A DNA stretch of 64,000 nt from Phoronis australis (taxonomy: Eukaryota; Animalia; Phoronida). Made by a program: the position numbers and the translations under genes. A model generated the notes under the pieces. That model saw nothing but the letters and a program-made list of their open reading frames with translations, ran no database searches and was not told the origin of the DNA. Every line of letters begins with the position of its first letter. Positions within the stretch are counted from its first letter, which is position 1. Location: assembly GCA_002633005.1 (NCBI GenBank), contig NMRA01000395.1, positions 292,994 through 356,993 on the forward strand, written 5' to 3'. This document shows, one piece after another, positions 13,496 through 26,000 of the stretch.

Positions 13496-13612
13496 CTTCT
13501 GGTCTAACAGCACAACCAGGACGACATTCTAACTACTCGACTTGGCGAGAGTCAAAAGAAAAGGATTTCAATGATCCCTACGTAGCCATCAAAAATGTTC
13601 ACCAAGTCATTT
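13496..13612 (+). CDS. R3-type receptor PTP exon, membrane-proximal ectodomain
   Basis: tttgtag|CT TCT...ATT T|gtaagt, 117 nt, phase 1->1. Encodes ASGLTAQPGRHSNYSTWRESKEKDFNDPYVAIKNVHQVI. Confidence 0.8.
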
Positions 13613-14876
13613 GTAAGTGCACACTTCATTTTACATTAGGTAGCTAGCTACATAGCTAGCTAGCTACATAGCTAGCTACATATCTATTGCAAATTATGTG
13701 GAAGCTGTTTACTTGTTTAACTGCTGAATTTGTGAAATAAAAAGTTGGCGTGGTTTGGATAGTTTATGATCGAGTCAATGTAGATGATGGTAAGACACGA
13801 CTTAAAAATCTGGTAAAGGTTTCAAACCTAGTAGGAGCGGCCCTTCATAAGGTATGAACACAAAGTGTTGCAAAAGGCCTTCTTATACCATCTTGTTTTA
13901 AACTACTAAGGGGAGGGTCAAGAAACGATGAAAAAATGCAATGGCTTAAAGTGGCTCATGTAGCCCATGTCTTTGTGAACACCTCCGTTCTCATGGCTGT
14001 TGAATATGATTGGGTTCACGTGACTGTCCAATCCATAGCTTTACAACTATGTGAGAGTGCACGACATGGTGCTTCCCAAAGTATTACTTATTGAGTGACA
14101 CATGTCCAATCATTAGCTTTACATAACCTTTTTGTGTATAATTATTAAGTGGACTGTTTCGCAGTGTGGCATCATTCAAAAGCAAAAATGCAGCTTTTTC
14201 CAAAGATTAAGTAGCAACAATGTAATATAAATATAGATTATTACATGGCGAATTCGTTATCCCTGATCTAGAGCCTGAGTGGATTTTGGAGAATTATCGC
14301 CCGAGGGGCATTAGCCCCGAGGGAGATAATTCTCCAAAATCCACAAGGGCTCTAGATAAGGGGTATAACGACTGAGAACACGTAATAATCTATTTATTCC
14401 ACATACTTAAAGAGAAACATTACAATGAATCGATCTACCTTTGTTGACTCGCCTCGGCTTTGTAACTACTTTCTGTATCAGAGGCCCGGGGTCGGAGGTC
14501 GTGGCCGTTTAAGAAAAGCCGAGCTATTTTTGTAAAATAATGCTTATACTCAAAATCATTTGAAAATTTAAACAAAATAGAAATAAAGTGAATCTATGAA
14601 TTAAGGTTTAGCAACTATTATAGCTTACTACACATTTTATCACGATAAGCTTCCACCAGGAAAATATCGTCTGCTAAACTTGGTTACCACTAGTAACTGA
14701 CTATAATGCTCAAGTCAAAGGATCCGGATGACACGATTCCCGCATTCAAATTGGAGACCGGTGGTTTACAAGTGAGAGAACAGCGTATAAATATCGGTGC
14801 AATGCCCTTTGCTGAACATGCGATTGTTGCGCGTGCTCATTTAAGTATTCTATTTTCACGTTCGATGACGTCAACC

Positions 14877-14945
14877 GCTGAGTGGTGTAGTGGTAAAGTC
14901 GGCGACTCGAAACTCTTGAGGCCCGGGTTCGAATCCAGCCTCGGT
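14877..14945 (+). promoter_or_regulatory. tRNA-derived segment (Pol III A/B boxes) inside the foldback element
   Basis: A-box tggtgtagtggt and B-box ggttcgaatcc. The anticodon stem does not pair, so it is not a functional tRNA. Confidence 0.6.
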
Positions 14946-15132
14946 TTCCCGCCAAAATGTTATCTCACTAGTGAGATAACTAAATGGGTTATTACACGGT
15001 TGTATGTGCCATTCGAGGCTAATATTGTGGTATAATAAGGCATTATACCACAATATTAGCGTCAAATGGCAGATAAAACCGTGTAATAACCCATAAAGTT
15101 ATCTCACTAGTGAGATAACGATTTGGCGGGAA

Positions 15133-15202
15133 ACCGAGGACGGAGTCGAACCCGGGACCCTAGAGTTTGGAGGTCGCCGACTTAACCACTACACCACGCA
15201 GC
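15133..15202 (-). promoter_or_regulatory. Mirror tRNA-derived segment (Pol III A/B boxes)
   Basis: Minus strand reads gctgcgtggtgtagtggttaag...gggttcgactccgtcctcggt. Confidence 0.6.
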
Positions 15203-16141
15203 GACTGACGTCATCAAGAGTGAAAATACAATACTTAAATGAGCACGCGCAATAATCGCACGTTCAACAAACCGCATTGTACTGTACTTACACGCTACGA
15301 AAAATAAGACACATAATTTCCATAAAAACGATATCTTAATTCAGTGAAATATTTCTCTCATGTCCTCTTACTTGTAAATCACCGATCTCCAGTTTGAATG
15401 CGGGTATCGTGTCGTCAGGATCTTTGACTTGAGAATTATATTCAGTTACCAGTGGTAACCTACTTTAGCAGACGATAATTTCCCGGTCGAAGCTTAGCGT
15501 GAAAAAAACGTGTTTTAAGCTATAATAGTTGGTAAATCTTAATTTACCAATTCAATTTATTTCTATTATATTTAAGTTTTCAATTGGTTTTGAGTAAAAG
15601 CATTATTTGACAAAAATAGCCGGGCTTTTATTAAAAGGTCACGACCTCCGACCCCGGGCCTCTGACATAGAAAGTAGTTACAAAGCCGTGGAGAGTCAGA
15701 AAAGGTAAATCGATTCATTGCAATGTCTCTCGTTTAGTATGTGGTATAAATAGATTATTACATGTTCTCAGCCGTTATCCCCCTTATCTAGAGCCCTCGT
15801 GGATTTTGGAGAATTATCACCCTCGGGGCTAACGCCCCTCGGGCGATAATTTTCCAAAATCCACTCGGGCTCTTGATAACGGGGGATAACGACTTCGCCA
15901 TGTAATAATCTATATATATCTGACTTTCATTATCTGTCAGTATATTGTTTTTAGTTCCCAAAACTGTAGGTTCCCGTGGTGAAAGTGTGACTGTATAATA
16001 TTCATAAGTTAATTGTTTGTAATATGTTAATATAAACTTATCAACTTTGTTAACAATTTGTGTACTCGTCTGTCTTTTAGTGTAAGCTCAGCGATTGAAC
16101 ATAAAAGTGGTTTTGATGAAATTTGAGGTTGTGCTTCACAG

Positions 16142-16259
16142 GCTCTGAGAAGAGGATTAAACGAGAAACCAATCCTAATTTAAAGGATGTACTCATTGGA
16201 GAAGACACAGATTGTAATGGTGACTGTAATGGATACTTAAATGATGGTGCTAAGTATAG
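16142..16259 (+). CDS. R3-type receptor PTP exon, membrane-proximal ectodomain (CNGxL motif)
   Basis: ttcacag|GC TCT...TAT AG|gtaagt, 118 nt, phase 1->2. Encodes CSEKRIKRETNPNLKDVLIGEDTDCNGDCNGYLNDGAKY. Confidence 0.85.
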
Positions 16260-16629
16260 GTAAGTGTTGGGTAGTTGTTTATGTCTGATCATTGTAACAG
16301 ATACTTAAGTGATGGCTCTGGGTATGGATGCTCTGCGGTTATAATGGTTACTTAGATGGCGCCACTGAGTATAGGTAAGTGTTGGACAAATGCTCTTGAC
16401 CTTCTCATCTTACGAAATACTTTTATTTAGAAATCATAACAAGCAACCATTTTGATTAAAAAGCGATCTCTTTTATACAAGGATACTATTATTATAATTT
16501 TGTGATTTTACGCAAAACTATCGTGTAATTAGCACTTGTTGCTGTTTTTAAATAAATTATTAGTAAGTGGACACTAATATATCAGACTTATACTAGATGC
16601 TTGGCATAAGGGAGGGTAACTCATTATGG

Positions 16630-17330
16630 TATCGTCTCTGTGTGACGTCTGCTGCGTTATCACCTAAATGCCAGCATCTTTATGAAATTTGAAAGCATGC
16701 TCTTATCAAGCTCGCAATGCTTGACAAGGATTTTTGGATGGATCCGAGTATCGCTGTGCCTTCTAGTAGCAATTTTAGATTTTTGTGTCCTCCACCATAT
16801 TTTATCATAAAATTTTCACCTTGAAGTTCTAATTTTTTAATGGATCCGACATTTTTTGCATTACTTAGTGACTGTTTTCACTGTAATTATGGAGTTTGCT
16901 TTTTGGTGTCTGCCTCTTTCTTTAGAAAAACACTCTAAGGATCATTGCTTTATTTGACAAACATGCTCCTACTGAGAATACCACAGCTGACTTTGATTTT
17001 CAGATTGAACTACTTTCAATTGGAATTCCGAACCGACAATTATGTTTTTTTGCCTCTGAATTCATGCAATGTACTTCATACCTACAGTTCTGTAAAGAGG
17101 ACGGTTAAAGATAATTTTTGGTTGTCGTGAACTACTATGACGCCTCCTAGTGGCAGTTTTGGTTAAATTTGTAGATCATCATCAAATTTGCCCTATGTGC
17201 TCTTTATGACCTCAGCTAGCAGAACTGATGTTGATTTTCAGATGGATACAACTGAGCACCATTTATTTATTGAGTGTATCTGTTGTACATGGTGGGTGCA
17301 TGTCAATGCTACAAGTTGTGCATTAAACGT
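16630..17330 (+). mobile_element. Degenerate relative of the 1998-4017 repeat family
   Basis: Shared motifs ggatggatccga, gcctcctagtggcagtttt and cactctaagga. Confidence 0.4.
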
Positions 17331-18058
17331 TTGGACACTATTTTGTTTAGGAAGCTGTAGCTCTTACTGATTCCTAGATTTCATTAACTTTGTTTTATTG
17401 ACATGTTTTCAAGTATAACAAGGAGAAGTATAATGCTTTATCAAGCAACACTTAAAAGCAGATTACAAATGATTGAATGAAACAATTTATAATGGTTGAG
17501 AAAGTACTCCTGACCAGAATAATTCCAGCATTTCATCTTCATTGTTTAACTGCCTAAGAAATGAAAATCCAATCAGGTCTTTTATTCTTGGGAAGTCAGT
17601 CTCATAATATTCCTGAAAGGGATAGAATTCTGTCTTCATTACCAGCCAGAACATCAAAACCTTCAGCGACTTGAGAATGCAGCCAAAACTAAAGCAGACT
17701 GTTAATTTGTTGATGGTGCATGTATGCATTACCTGTGGCTTGAGTTGGTAATGTGAACAGGAATGTCCTATCAGGGTAAGACCAGTTAATGAGAGTAAAC
17801 GGCCTATTTCAGTTTTTGATTTTAGTCAGTTAAACAAGGTAAAATGATGCTTTAAACCTACTGGGTAATCCAGTCTTTTGGAATATCGTTGTAGATTAAT
17901 TTTGTTCCTTCATCATCTTTTGCATTAGATTTCAATTTATTAGTGTCAGGATAAAGTGTTGGTCTGCCATATGAACTCCATCTCCATAGTGCTAAGGTCT
18001 TTAAATTTTGCTTGTTACTTTGTTGTCCTTTATTTTTGTCAACGTTTTTTTGTTTCAG

Positions 18059-18123
18059 TGTGGTGGGATTTACATGCACTAAGGCTGGTTGTACAAGGAC
18101 CTCCTCTGTTGAAATTACAACAG
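18059..18123 (+). CDS. R3-type receptor PTP exon, last ectodomain strand
   Basis: tgtttcag|T GTG...ACA G|gtttgt, 65 nt, phase 2->1. Encodes SVVGFTCTKAGCTRTSSVEITT. Confidence 0.75.
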
Positions 18124-18137
18124 GTTTGTTTATTGGG

Positions 18138-18325
18138 AACCACCAAGTATGATACAAACACCAAGTAACAAACAAACACCACCACGCAAATACCAAATAC
18201 CACACAAACACAAAATACCACACAAACACCAAGTACCACTGACACAAACACAAGTACCAATGAAACAAACACAAGTTACACACAAGCATAAGTTACACAC
18301 AAACACTAAGTAACACTCAAACACT
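18138..18325. repeat. AC-rich degenerate ~18-bp repeat (acacaaacaccaagtacc-like)
   Basis: Visible low-complexity array; the same repeat recurs at 19420-19870. Confidence 0.85.
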
Positions 18326-18574
18326 ATTGAGCACTAGAAGTCTAAATGAAGACAAGTAAGTGACAATACTTAAAACGGAGATTTTTTCAACTTCGACGTG
18401 TTTCAATCTCTCAAACATGACCAGAACAAGCAATCAAGACCATCTAACAATCCTGACTCAGAGAATGTACAGTAAAGCTATCAGCACATGTCATTGCAAC
18501 ACAACATCAAAGACATCAAATATTCATAAGACCAGTCACAGCCTTCTGTGCACCAACTGGTTATTCAGGTCAGG

Positions 18575-19380
18575 CTTGAGCCAGTTGATGTGAATTGACT
18601 CACAGATTTTGAGTTCCTTAGTTGCTTCAGCCTGATCCATAATACTTTGCTGTATACTCATGCAGCATTCCAGTGGCTGTGTGTCGGCATGTGCTCATTT
18701 ATGTGCGAACTATTCGCAGTACCTGAATGTTCTTCAGCCAGGGTTTTAAGGTGGTTGTTTCACCATAGCTGGAACCACAACCAGCACAAAAAATTATACA
18801 CTACCCTGGGCTTAAGACGAGATGGGGCTTATCCTTAGTACTGAACAACCTTGATAATTTTAGACACTTAAATATAATATTTAGATCTCTTCAATAATGC
18901 TTCACACATTTGTCAGTTTTCCAATGGGCAATCTTGGAAAAGTAGGCAGCAAAGGTTATCTTAAATTATTCACGGTTACTTTTGTCCATCTGGAAATTAC
19001 CGTCAGAGTTATGACTAACCAGTCATTAGCTTGTTTATCAGTTCCAATGGGTTACCATTTTTTAAAAATTGATTGTAAGTCAATTCACCCCAAGTGTTGT
19101 TAATGCGATAAATTCGATCTATCAATGTTTTGACGAGACCGACCTTAAACACATAGGGTGTAAAACTTTGATAGCAGGTATACAGACGTGTATGTAAAAA
19201 AATCATGTAACCATAGTGCCCCCAGCACGTTTAACTGCCACATCCATAAAGGGCAAATGATTTTCAGCCTCAAATTCTGCATTGACTTTTAAATTCAGAT
19301 GCCTGGAGTTTAAATAAATCAAAAGCTATTTGTACATCATTAGATATTAAAAAGTCATCTACATTATCTACGTTAGAGTC
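18575..19380 (-). mobile_element. Decayed Penelope-like retroelement fragment (RT end through GIY-YIG C-terminus)
   Basis: Minus-strand fragments VDDFL..., LPFMDV, YQSFTPYVFKVGLVKTLIDRIYRINNTW, FLKNGNP, RINEH and LKICESIHINWLKPDLNNQ. Confidence 0.7.
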
Positions 19381-19419
19381 AGTAATCAGTGTGTTGATCA
19401 ATCCATATTTTTTTCGTGA

Positions 19420-19870
19420 TGACCAAGTACCATACAAAATAACAAGTACCACACAAACAACAAGCACCGCACAAACATCTAATATCACACAAACACCAAG
19501 TAGCATTCAAACACCAAGTACTACACAAACACGAAGCACCACATAAACACCAAGCACCACATAAACACCAAGCACCACACAAATACCACACAAACACCTA
19601 ATACCACACAAACACCAAGTAGCATTCAAACAACAAGTATCACACAAACAACAAGTACCACACAGACACCAAATACCACACAAACACCTAATACCACACA
19701 AACATCAAGTAGTATTCAAACACCAAGTATCACACAAACACCAAGCACCACACAAATACCACATAAACACCGAATACCACACAAACAACAAGCACCACAA
19801 AAATACCAAACTAACACCAGGTATCACACAAATACCAAATACTACACAAACACCAAGTACCATATAAACA
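19420..19870. repeat. AC-rich degenerate ~18-bp repeat
   Basis: Visible array; it is the source of the spurious Cys/Val-rich ORFs. Confidence 0.9.
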
Positions 19871-20317
19871 CTAATTGCCGTACAAAAGAAATAAAAAACT
19901 AGGCACAAACATTGCGTGGAATCCATTACTTTCAGATATGCTGGGCATAGTAAGGTAAAAGTTCCCCAGTTTGGGTTAGTCTCTAATATTTGGAACACTG
20001 AGATTCAAGCTTAAATTGAATTTTCTTGATTCTGAAAATTGGAGCATGGGCAATTTTGGCACATAAATATAAAACGATATTTATATAATTTTTGATCTTT
20101 TTCAGATGATATTTACTTTTAATAGTTAATATAATAGGTTGTTCTTTAGCCAGGTTTAATGAAGGTCACTAAGCAATGTTTGAGATAACCTTCAACAGAT
20201 GATGGTTGCAATCTTTTGGAACACTACGTAAAACTTGATGAATTACATATTCAGTGATGTATGCTGTAATGTGGAATAGTCTCCTCATCTATTCAGCTCT
20301 GCTTTTTTCTGGAAAGA

Positions 20318-21715
20318 ATGACCTTTCACAAGTTATGCTGTTGGTTAAAGTGAAGGCATGACCTTTCACAAGTTATGCTGTTGGTTAAAGTGAAGGCATG
20401 ACCTTTCACAAGTTATGCTGTTGGTTAAAGTGAAGGCATGACCTTTCACAAGTTATGCTGTTGGTTAAAGTGAAGGCATGACCTTTCACAAGTTATGCTG
20501 TTGGTTAAAGTGAAGGCATGACCTTTCACAAGTTATGCTGTTGGTTAAAGTGAAGGCATGACCTTTCACAAGTTATGCTGTTGGTTAAAGTGAAGGCATG
20601 ACCTTTCACAAGTTATGCTGTTGGTTAAAGTGAAGGCATGACCTTTCACAAGTTATGCTGTTGGTTAAAGTGAAGGCATGACCTTTCACAAGTTATGCTG
20701 TTGGTTAAAGTGAAGGCATGACCTTTCACAAGTTATGCTGTTGGTTAAAGTGAAGGCATGACCTTTCACAAGTTATGCTGTTGGTTAAAGTGAAGGCATG
20801 ACCTTTCACAAGTTATGCTGTTGGTTAAAGTGAAGGCATGACCTTTCACAAGTTATGCTGTTGGTTAAAGTGAAGGCATGACCTTTCACAAGTTATGCTG
20901 TTGGTTAAAGTGAAGGCATGACCTTTCACAAGTTATGCTGTTGGTTAAAGTGAAGGCATGACCTTTCACAAGTTATGCTGTTGGTTAAAGTGAAGGCATG
21001 ACCTTTCACAAGTTATGCTGTTGGTTAAAGTGAAGGCATGACCTTTCACAAGTTATGCTGTTGGTTAAAGTGAAGGCATGACCTTTCACAAGTTATGCTG
21101 TTGGTTAAAGTGAAGGCATGACCTTTCACAAGTTATGCTGTTGGTTAAAGTGAAGGCATGACCTTTCACAAGTTATGCTGTTGGTTAAAGTGAAGGCATG
21201 ACCTTTCACAAGTTATGCTGTTGGTTAAAGTGAAGGCATGACCTTTCACAAGTTATGCTGTTGGTTAAAGTGAAGGCATGACCTTTCACAAGTTATGCTG
21301 TTGGTTAAAGTGAAGGCATGACCTTTCACAAGTTATGCTGTTGGTTAAAGTGAAGGCATGACCTTTCACAAGTTATGCTGTTGGTTAAAGTGAAGGCATG
21401 ACCTTTCACAAGTTATGCTGTTGGTTAAAGTGAAGGCATGACCTTTCACAAGTTATGCTGTTGGTTAAAGTGAAGGCATGACCTTTCACAAGTTATGCTG
21501 TTGGTTAAAGTGAAGGCATGACCTTTCACAAGTTATGCTGTTGGTTAAAGTGAAGGCATGACCTTTCACAAGTTATGCTGTTGGTTAAAGTGAAGGCATG
21601 ACCTTTCACAAGTTATGCTGTTGGTTAAAGTGAAGGCATGACCTTTCACAAGTTATGCTGTTGGTTAAAGTGAAGGCATGACCTTTCACAAGTTATGCTG
21701 TTGGTTAAAGTGAAG
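20318..21715. repeat. Perfect 40-bp tandem array, ~35 copies, ending at an N
   Basis: Unit atgacctttcacaagttatgctgttggttaaagtgaaggc, with no variant seen and no spacers. Confidence 0.98.
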
Positions 21716-21809
21716 NATTATGCTATGGAAACAAGAAAAAATTGGCAACAATCCATACAAGCAACAAAGCATATGTCGTAGCATCACCTAGACTTTGTGA
21801 AAAGCTGTA

Positions 21810-22930
21810 TATCGGGCGCATACAAAAATTTATTTCACGGGGAGGGGACGATTATTGTAGTCTAAGGCAGTTCAGAAACCCAGTTTCTGTACCGGGTAAA
21901 ATCGGAAGCTAGGATTTATCAAATTTACGCTCTGTGACTTATTTGTAGCCTATGACAAAGTCTTTCTACAAAATTGTGGTGCATTGCTATCAAACTCCGT
22001 TGTTAAATTATGATCATTTTTCAAAAAAGTGGGCTGAACTCCCAGGGCGAAAACTGGCCGACTGATAAGTCGCTGAATTGCGATCGTCGACAGGAAAACT
22101 TGAATTCTTGAATAAAAATACAGCTATGACACAACAAATTACCTGAAATCTTCCTTATGTTTTACAATTTTTTAAGTTCATGTGGAGTCCAGATTAATTG
22201 CGATTAAGTCCAAATCTGCTCTACATCGTACCCCACAACACGAGAAAAATCTCTGGATGAACACACATGTTGTTGCCATGTGACGTTTGTTTTGAAGTTC
22301 GTATGTGTATGAGAGTGAGAGCGCCTGCAGGTCATCGACGACAGACTTTTGTTACAAAAGATGGAGGATTATGCAAGAAAATGGCGTTTATTAGATTGTT
22401 TTTCACTTAAACGGCTGCAACGTGCAAGGTGAGTGCCGGTTAACTCACAGATTTTGTGTGCAGAGGCCGACGGTCGTTACCTCTGCCGTGGAGTAAAACA
22501 TTGATGGTCCTAGGCTCGATCTACATGATGGGGACGAGGTGAACTACCCGGGCTGCGTGAAATTTCTGGGTCTAACGCAGTGGTACCTATAGTCAGTCAG
22601 CTCGCTGTATCAAGACTATCGTCAAAATCCAAATTCGTTTTATCGTGTCCCTGTCAATAATAACGGCATGCTAAAGTTTCTTAATGTTCGTACTTCAGGA
22701 ACATAATGATCCCGTGTTTTGTATACATACGCGCACGCCGCTGATCACATCTCGGAAATTTCCGATTTGACGGATGACAATGAATGACCACAATGAAATT
22801 GAACAACGTCGTTTTACATCTTGGAAGAGCTATTTATTTTGAATATTGCAAAGCATGTGTTCCAAAATCTAAATAACGGGTCCTATATTTTTGTATTCGT
22901 GCACGCCGAATGAAAGTAATCTTGAGTGTA
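21810..22930 (+). mobile_element. Dispersed repeat (DNA-transposon-like); second copy inverted at 45055-47430
   Basis: Long reverse-complement similarity, e.g. 22630-22920 vs 45060-45360 and 21960-22390 vs 47006-47420. Boundaries approximate. Confidence 0.7.
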
Positions 22931-24321
22931 GGCAATGACCATTGCCTCTGTTGGCCCGACCAGAGGCGATGCAGCTCCTATAGGTGCTCCATACACCGGA
23001 AGCTTTTCGGTGAATTATGCCTCGCACCGACTAAAACATCAAAGTCACGTTGTTATAAATACCTTTTACGCATAGAGGAACACCTTAGGAGGTTGTTGAT
23101 GTGTTTAATTCCTTCCAACTCACCTAGAGAGAAAGAGGTGTTTCATTAGGTTCTAAATTCAACCTACTGTTCTCTAATTATTAGAGATTTTCTTGTAATG
23201 ACTAAGGTTCGACTCTGGTATATTGTTCAGGCTCAAGCGAAATCACACATCTCAGGTTTTAAAAACTAGATGGGTACTATAATACCAGTCTGTTATCGGT
23301 ATTGATATGAAATTTACGCTTGTCTGGATTTTTCAGTGCCTTTCACCTTCACTGTCAGGTCATCACCAGCATTGCAAGTGTTGTTGCTAGTTTTCCATGG
23401 TGTTTTTGGCAGTGTTACTGCTGTGGGGGATTTTTGACTTGCAACGCTGGGATTAACTTTCGACATTGATGTCTGGGTTAAGCGTCATGTCATTGAAGCA
23501 TTGGTTATCATCAAAGGTTGTTGTGAGCAGTGTTGCTGTTTCCATTGGATGTTCTCTTTGGCTCATCAGTGATGTTCTATTCATTTGTCCATTTGCATCA
23601 GCATCGCTGTGGACATCGAGAGTAATGGTTGCACTATTAACACCATCAATACCACGTGTGCAGCATTTGACATCTTTGTCGACTCACTGACGTTGTCCTA
23701 GTGTTGTGATAATACTGCATTGTAGGGGACCTCGTTGTCACTTCTAGCAACGTCAGTCTTATCAGCAGTGTTGTGTTATTGGTTAAGTGTTGTTGCTTGT
23801 ACCAGTGTCATCAGCCGTGTTTTTGTCATCGTCAGTATCATGGCTGTCATTGTCATGGGTGTTCCTGTTTTTCGTCATCGACTTTATTTTTATTTTTTTC
23901 ATTCGATTTTGTCTAGTGTCACTGACTCGGAATGCTTTCATTTTGAATTTCCATGATATATTAATTGTTCAAGATCTGACCGTTTCTATAATATTGAGTG
24001 CTCACTTTGACTAAACTTGTCAGGAATTCGGGTCTCCATGCATTCCCCAAGTGTTAGCTGTTCAGTTATGGACATCAGTGTCAACATTCCCATTACTTGC
24101 AAGTGATGATGGCAGCAGGCAGTTGATCTGTGGGTCTGTGTGTCACCATGGAGATAAAGGTGAATAAAAAGTGCACTGTTCACTTGCAATGAGGTAGATT
24201 AATTTATGTTCTGAGGAAGGTATCCTTTAGCTCCTTCTTAAGGTCGGAGCATGAGTCAACTTGCCCATTTCAGCTCAGTGGTGTTGAAAAGTGGCTTCAT
24301 TCTTTACCCTTATCTTTCCAG

Positions 24322-24441
24322 ACCATTCGCACCATCAGCTGAAGACATTCCTTTCTCCAATCTGGACACACGAAGAGGTCAAGACAACTTGGCGTTGGAC
24401 CTTGAGCCAGAAGAGGACCTCTCCACAATGCCTCGTACAAA
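24322..24441 (+). CDS. R3-type receptor PTP exon, cytoplasmic juxtamembrane
   Basis: tttccag|A CCA...ACA AA|gtatgt, 120 nt, phase 2->2. Encodes PFAPSAEDIPFSNLDTRRGQDNLALDLEPEEDLSTMPRT and is phase-compatible with the next exon. Confidence 0.7.
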
Positions 24442-24689
24442 GTATGTGAATGCAGATATTATACTTATATAGATCCTTACATGGCAGTGTCGTTATTCCC
24501 TGTAATCTAGAGCCTGAGTGTCTTCTAGAATTATCGCCTAACGTTCTCCAAAATCCTCATGGGCTGTAGATAATTATTACATGTTCTCAGTCATTATCCC
24601 CTTTTAAGAAATAATCTATACCACATAATGAACGATAAACGTGCCAATGAATTGGTCTGCCTTTCTCAACTCACTTTGGTTTGGAACTA

Positions 24690-25390
24690 CCGTATTCGCC
24701 CTAATAAACGGCCATGCCCCAAAAAGCGCCCACCCACGCGTTTTCAGATTTCGCTAAAGTAAGTGCCCAGCCCATGAACGTGTATACCTTACGTACAGTT
24801 CTAAAATTCTACAGTAACGTCTTCAATTTATTAATAATATCCGACAGTCCTGCAAAAGTCATTGTGTGCGTAATTTCTAGACTACGAGCCTCGCTGTTAT
24901 GTCCGCATTTAGCCATGACTGTACACTTCAAACTTCTGCAGTGCTTCAAAACATTCCAAAAGTTTTGCTGACATTGCGAAAAACGTGTTCAACTATGGTC
25001 AGGCCTTTCAAAACAGAAGCAGCGTACTTGTCAACGGGATTGTATTGTATTGTATCTTTCCCATACAAATCTTCTCCCTCAATAGGAATCCAGATTTCTT
25101 TGTACACGTAGACTAATAAAAAAGCTTGACCAGTGTTAAAAGCACGTGGCCAGGAAGCGCGTGCTACATACATGGGGGCCTGCTACTCAGGCAAATGAAC
25201 TCTGATGACACGCACGTGCTTGCTCACTCGGCACACACCTGCAGACTAACTTCAAAATAAATGTTACGTGACAACAACATTGTGTGTTCGTCCAGATTTT
25301 TCTTGTGTTGTGTTGTGGGGATGCGCTCTAGTGCAGATTTGGACTTAATCTGTGGTTGATCCCGATTCCACAGGAACTTAAAAAATCTTA
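24690..25390 (-). mobile_element. Partial inverted copy of the CCGTATTC-TIR element (see 45602-47005)
   Basis: ta|ccgtattcgccctaataa terminus and internal reverse-complement similarity to 45950-47005. Confidence 0.65.
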
Positions 25391-25639
25391 GGGTGTACTC
25401 AATCGCCTATAATAAGCTACGGCTAGACTGCGCAAGGAGGGTGTACTCGCCCCAGGACACTGGTGTTTTTCATTCAGGAATTGCGAAAGCTCCGTATGCT
25501 GTTTATATATGTGAGCATGCGCATTCCACAGTTCATAGTTTCCTGTACATTTTTCTGATTTACAACATATGGCTGTGGTGAGTTGTTACCGAGATATTTG
25601 AAAGTTTTCCCAAGTTTTATCTTGGCTGGTGCCAAACGT

Positions 25640-26000
25640 GGTAAGATGACTATTGACCAGTTTCTTAAGGAAGTGTTCATGGACTCAGATAGTGAAAGCG
25701 AGCTGGAATTGGCACTCAAAGTGACGGTGACAGTGACTGGGAAACTAATACAACAGTCACAAGTAATGCAGATTCTATCGATTCGGATCTCAGTGCAATT
25801 TTGGAGGAGTTACTGGTCCCTGAAGCTGAACTCGGACGGGTCTACGACGATGCTTGGCTCACGCAATTCACGCATAATACAGGGCCTCTGAAACAGGATG
25901 GAACTCATTCAGAACTAGATATTTTTGTGACTTTTTCACAGAATAGCTTTGTGTCCCCACCCATGTTTTAAGTTTTTGCACACCAAGGTGAACTTCACTA
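25640..26000 (+). pseudogene. piggyBac-like transposase remnant (N-terminus joined to the Cys-rich C-terminus)
   Basis: MTIDQFLKEVFMDSDSE / SDGDSDWE, FTHNTGP...SELDIF and LCPHPCFKFLHT. Confidence 0.5.

Larger units (their letters stand above)
14231..15915. mobile_element. Foldback (fully palindromic) non-autonomous element with hairpin termini and two tRNA-like segments
   Basis: Arms 14231-15036 and 15042-15915 are reverse complements around a 5-nt loop. Each end is itself a ~165-bp hairpin. Confidence 0.85.

Noticed and set aside
14877-14945. Functional tRNA gene
   Set aside because: The anticodon arm does not pair and the segment is part of a mirrored repeat element.
17858-19998. Cys/Val/Trp-rich ORFs
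   Set aside because: They are translations of AC-rich simple repeats.
20318-21715. CRISPR-like array
   Set aside because: Head-to-tail identical units with no spacers, no cas genes, and a eukaryotic intron context.
23735-23956. Hydrophobic ORF as the missing transmembrane exon
   Set aside because: It arises from GT-rich low-complexity sequence and has no suitable phase-2 donor.
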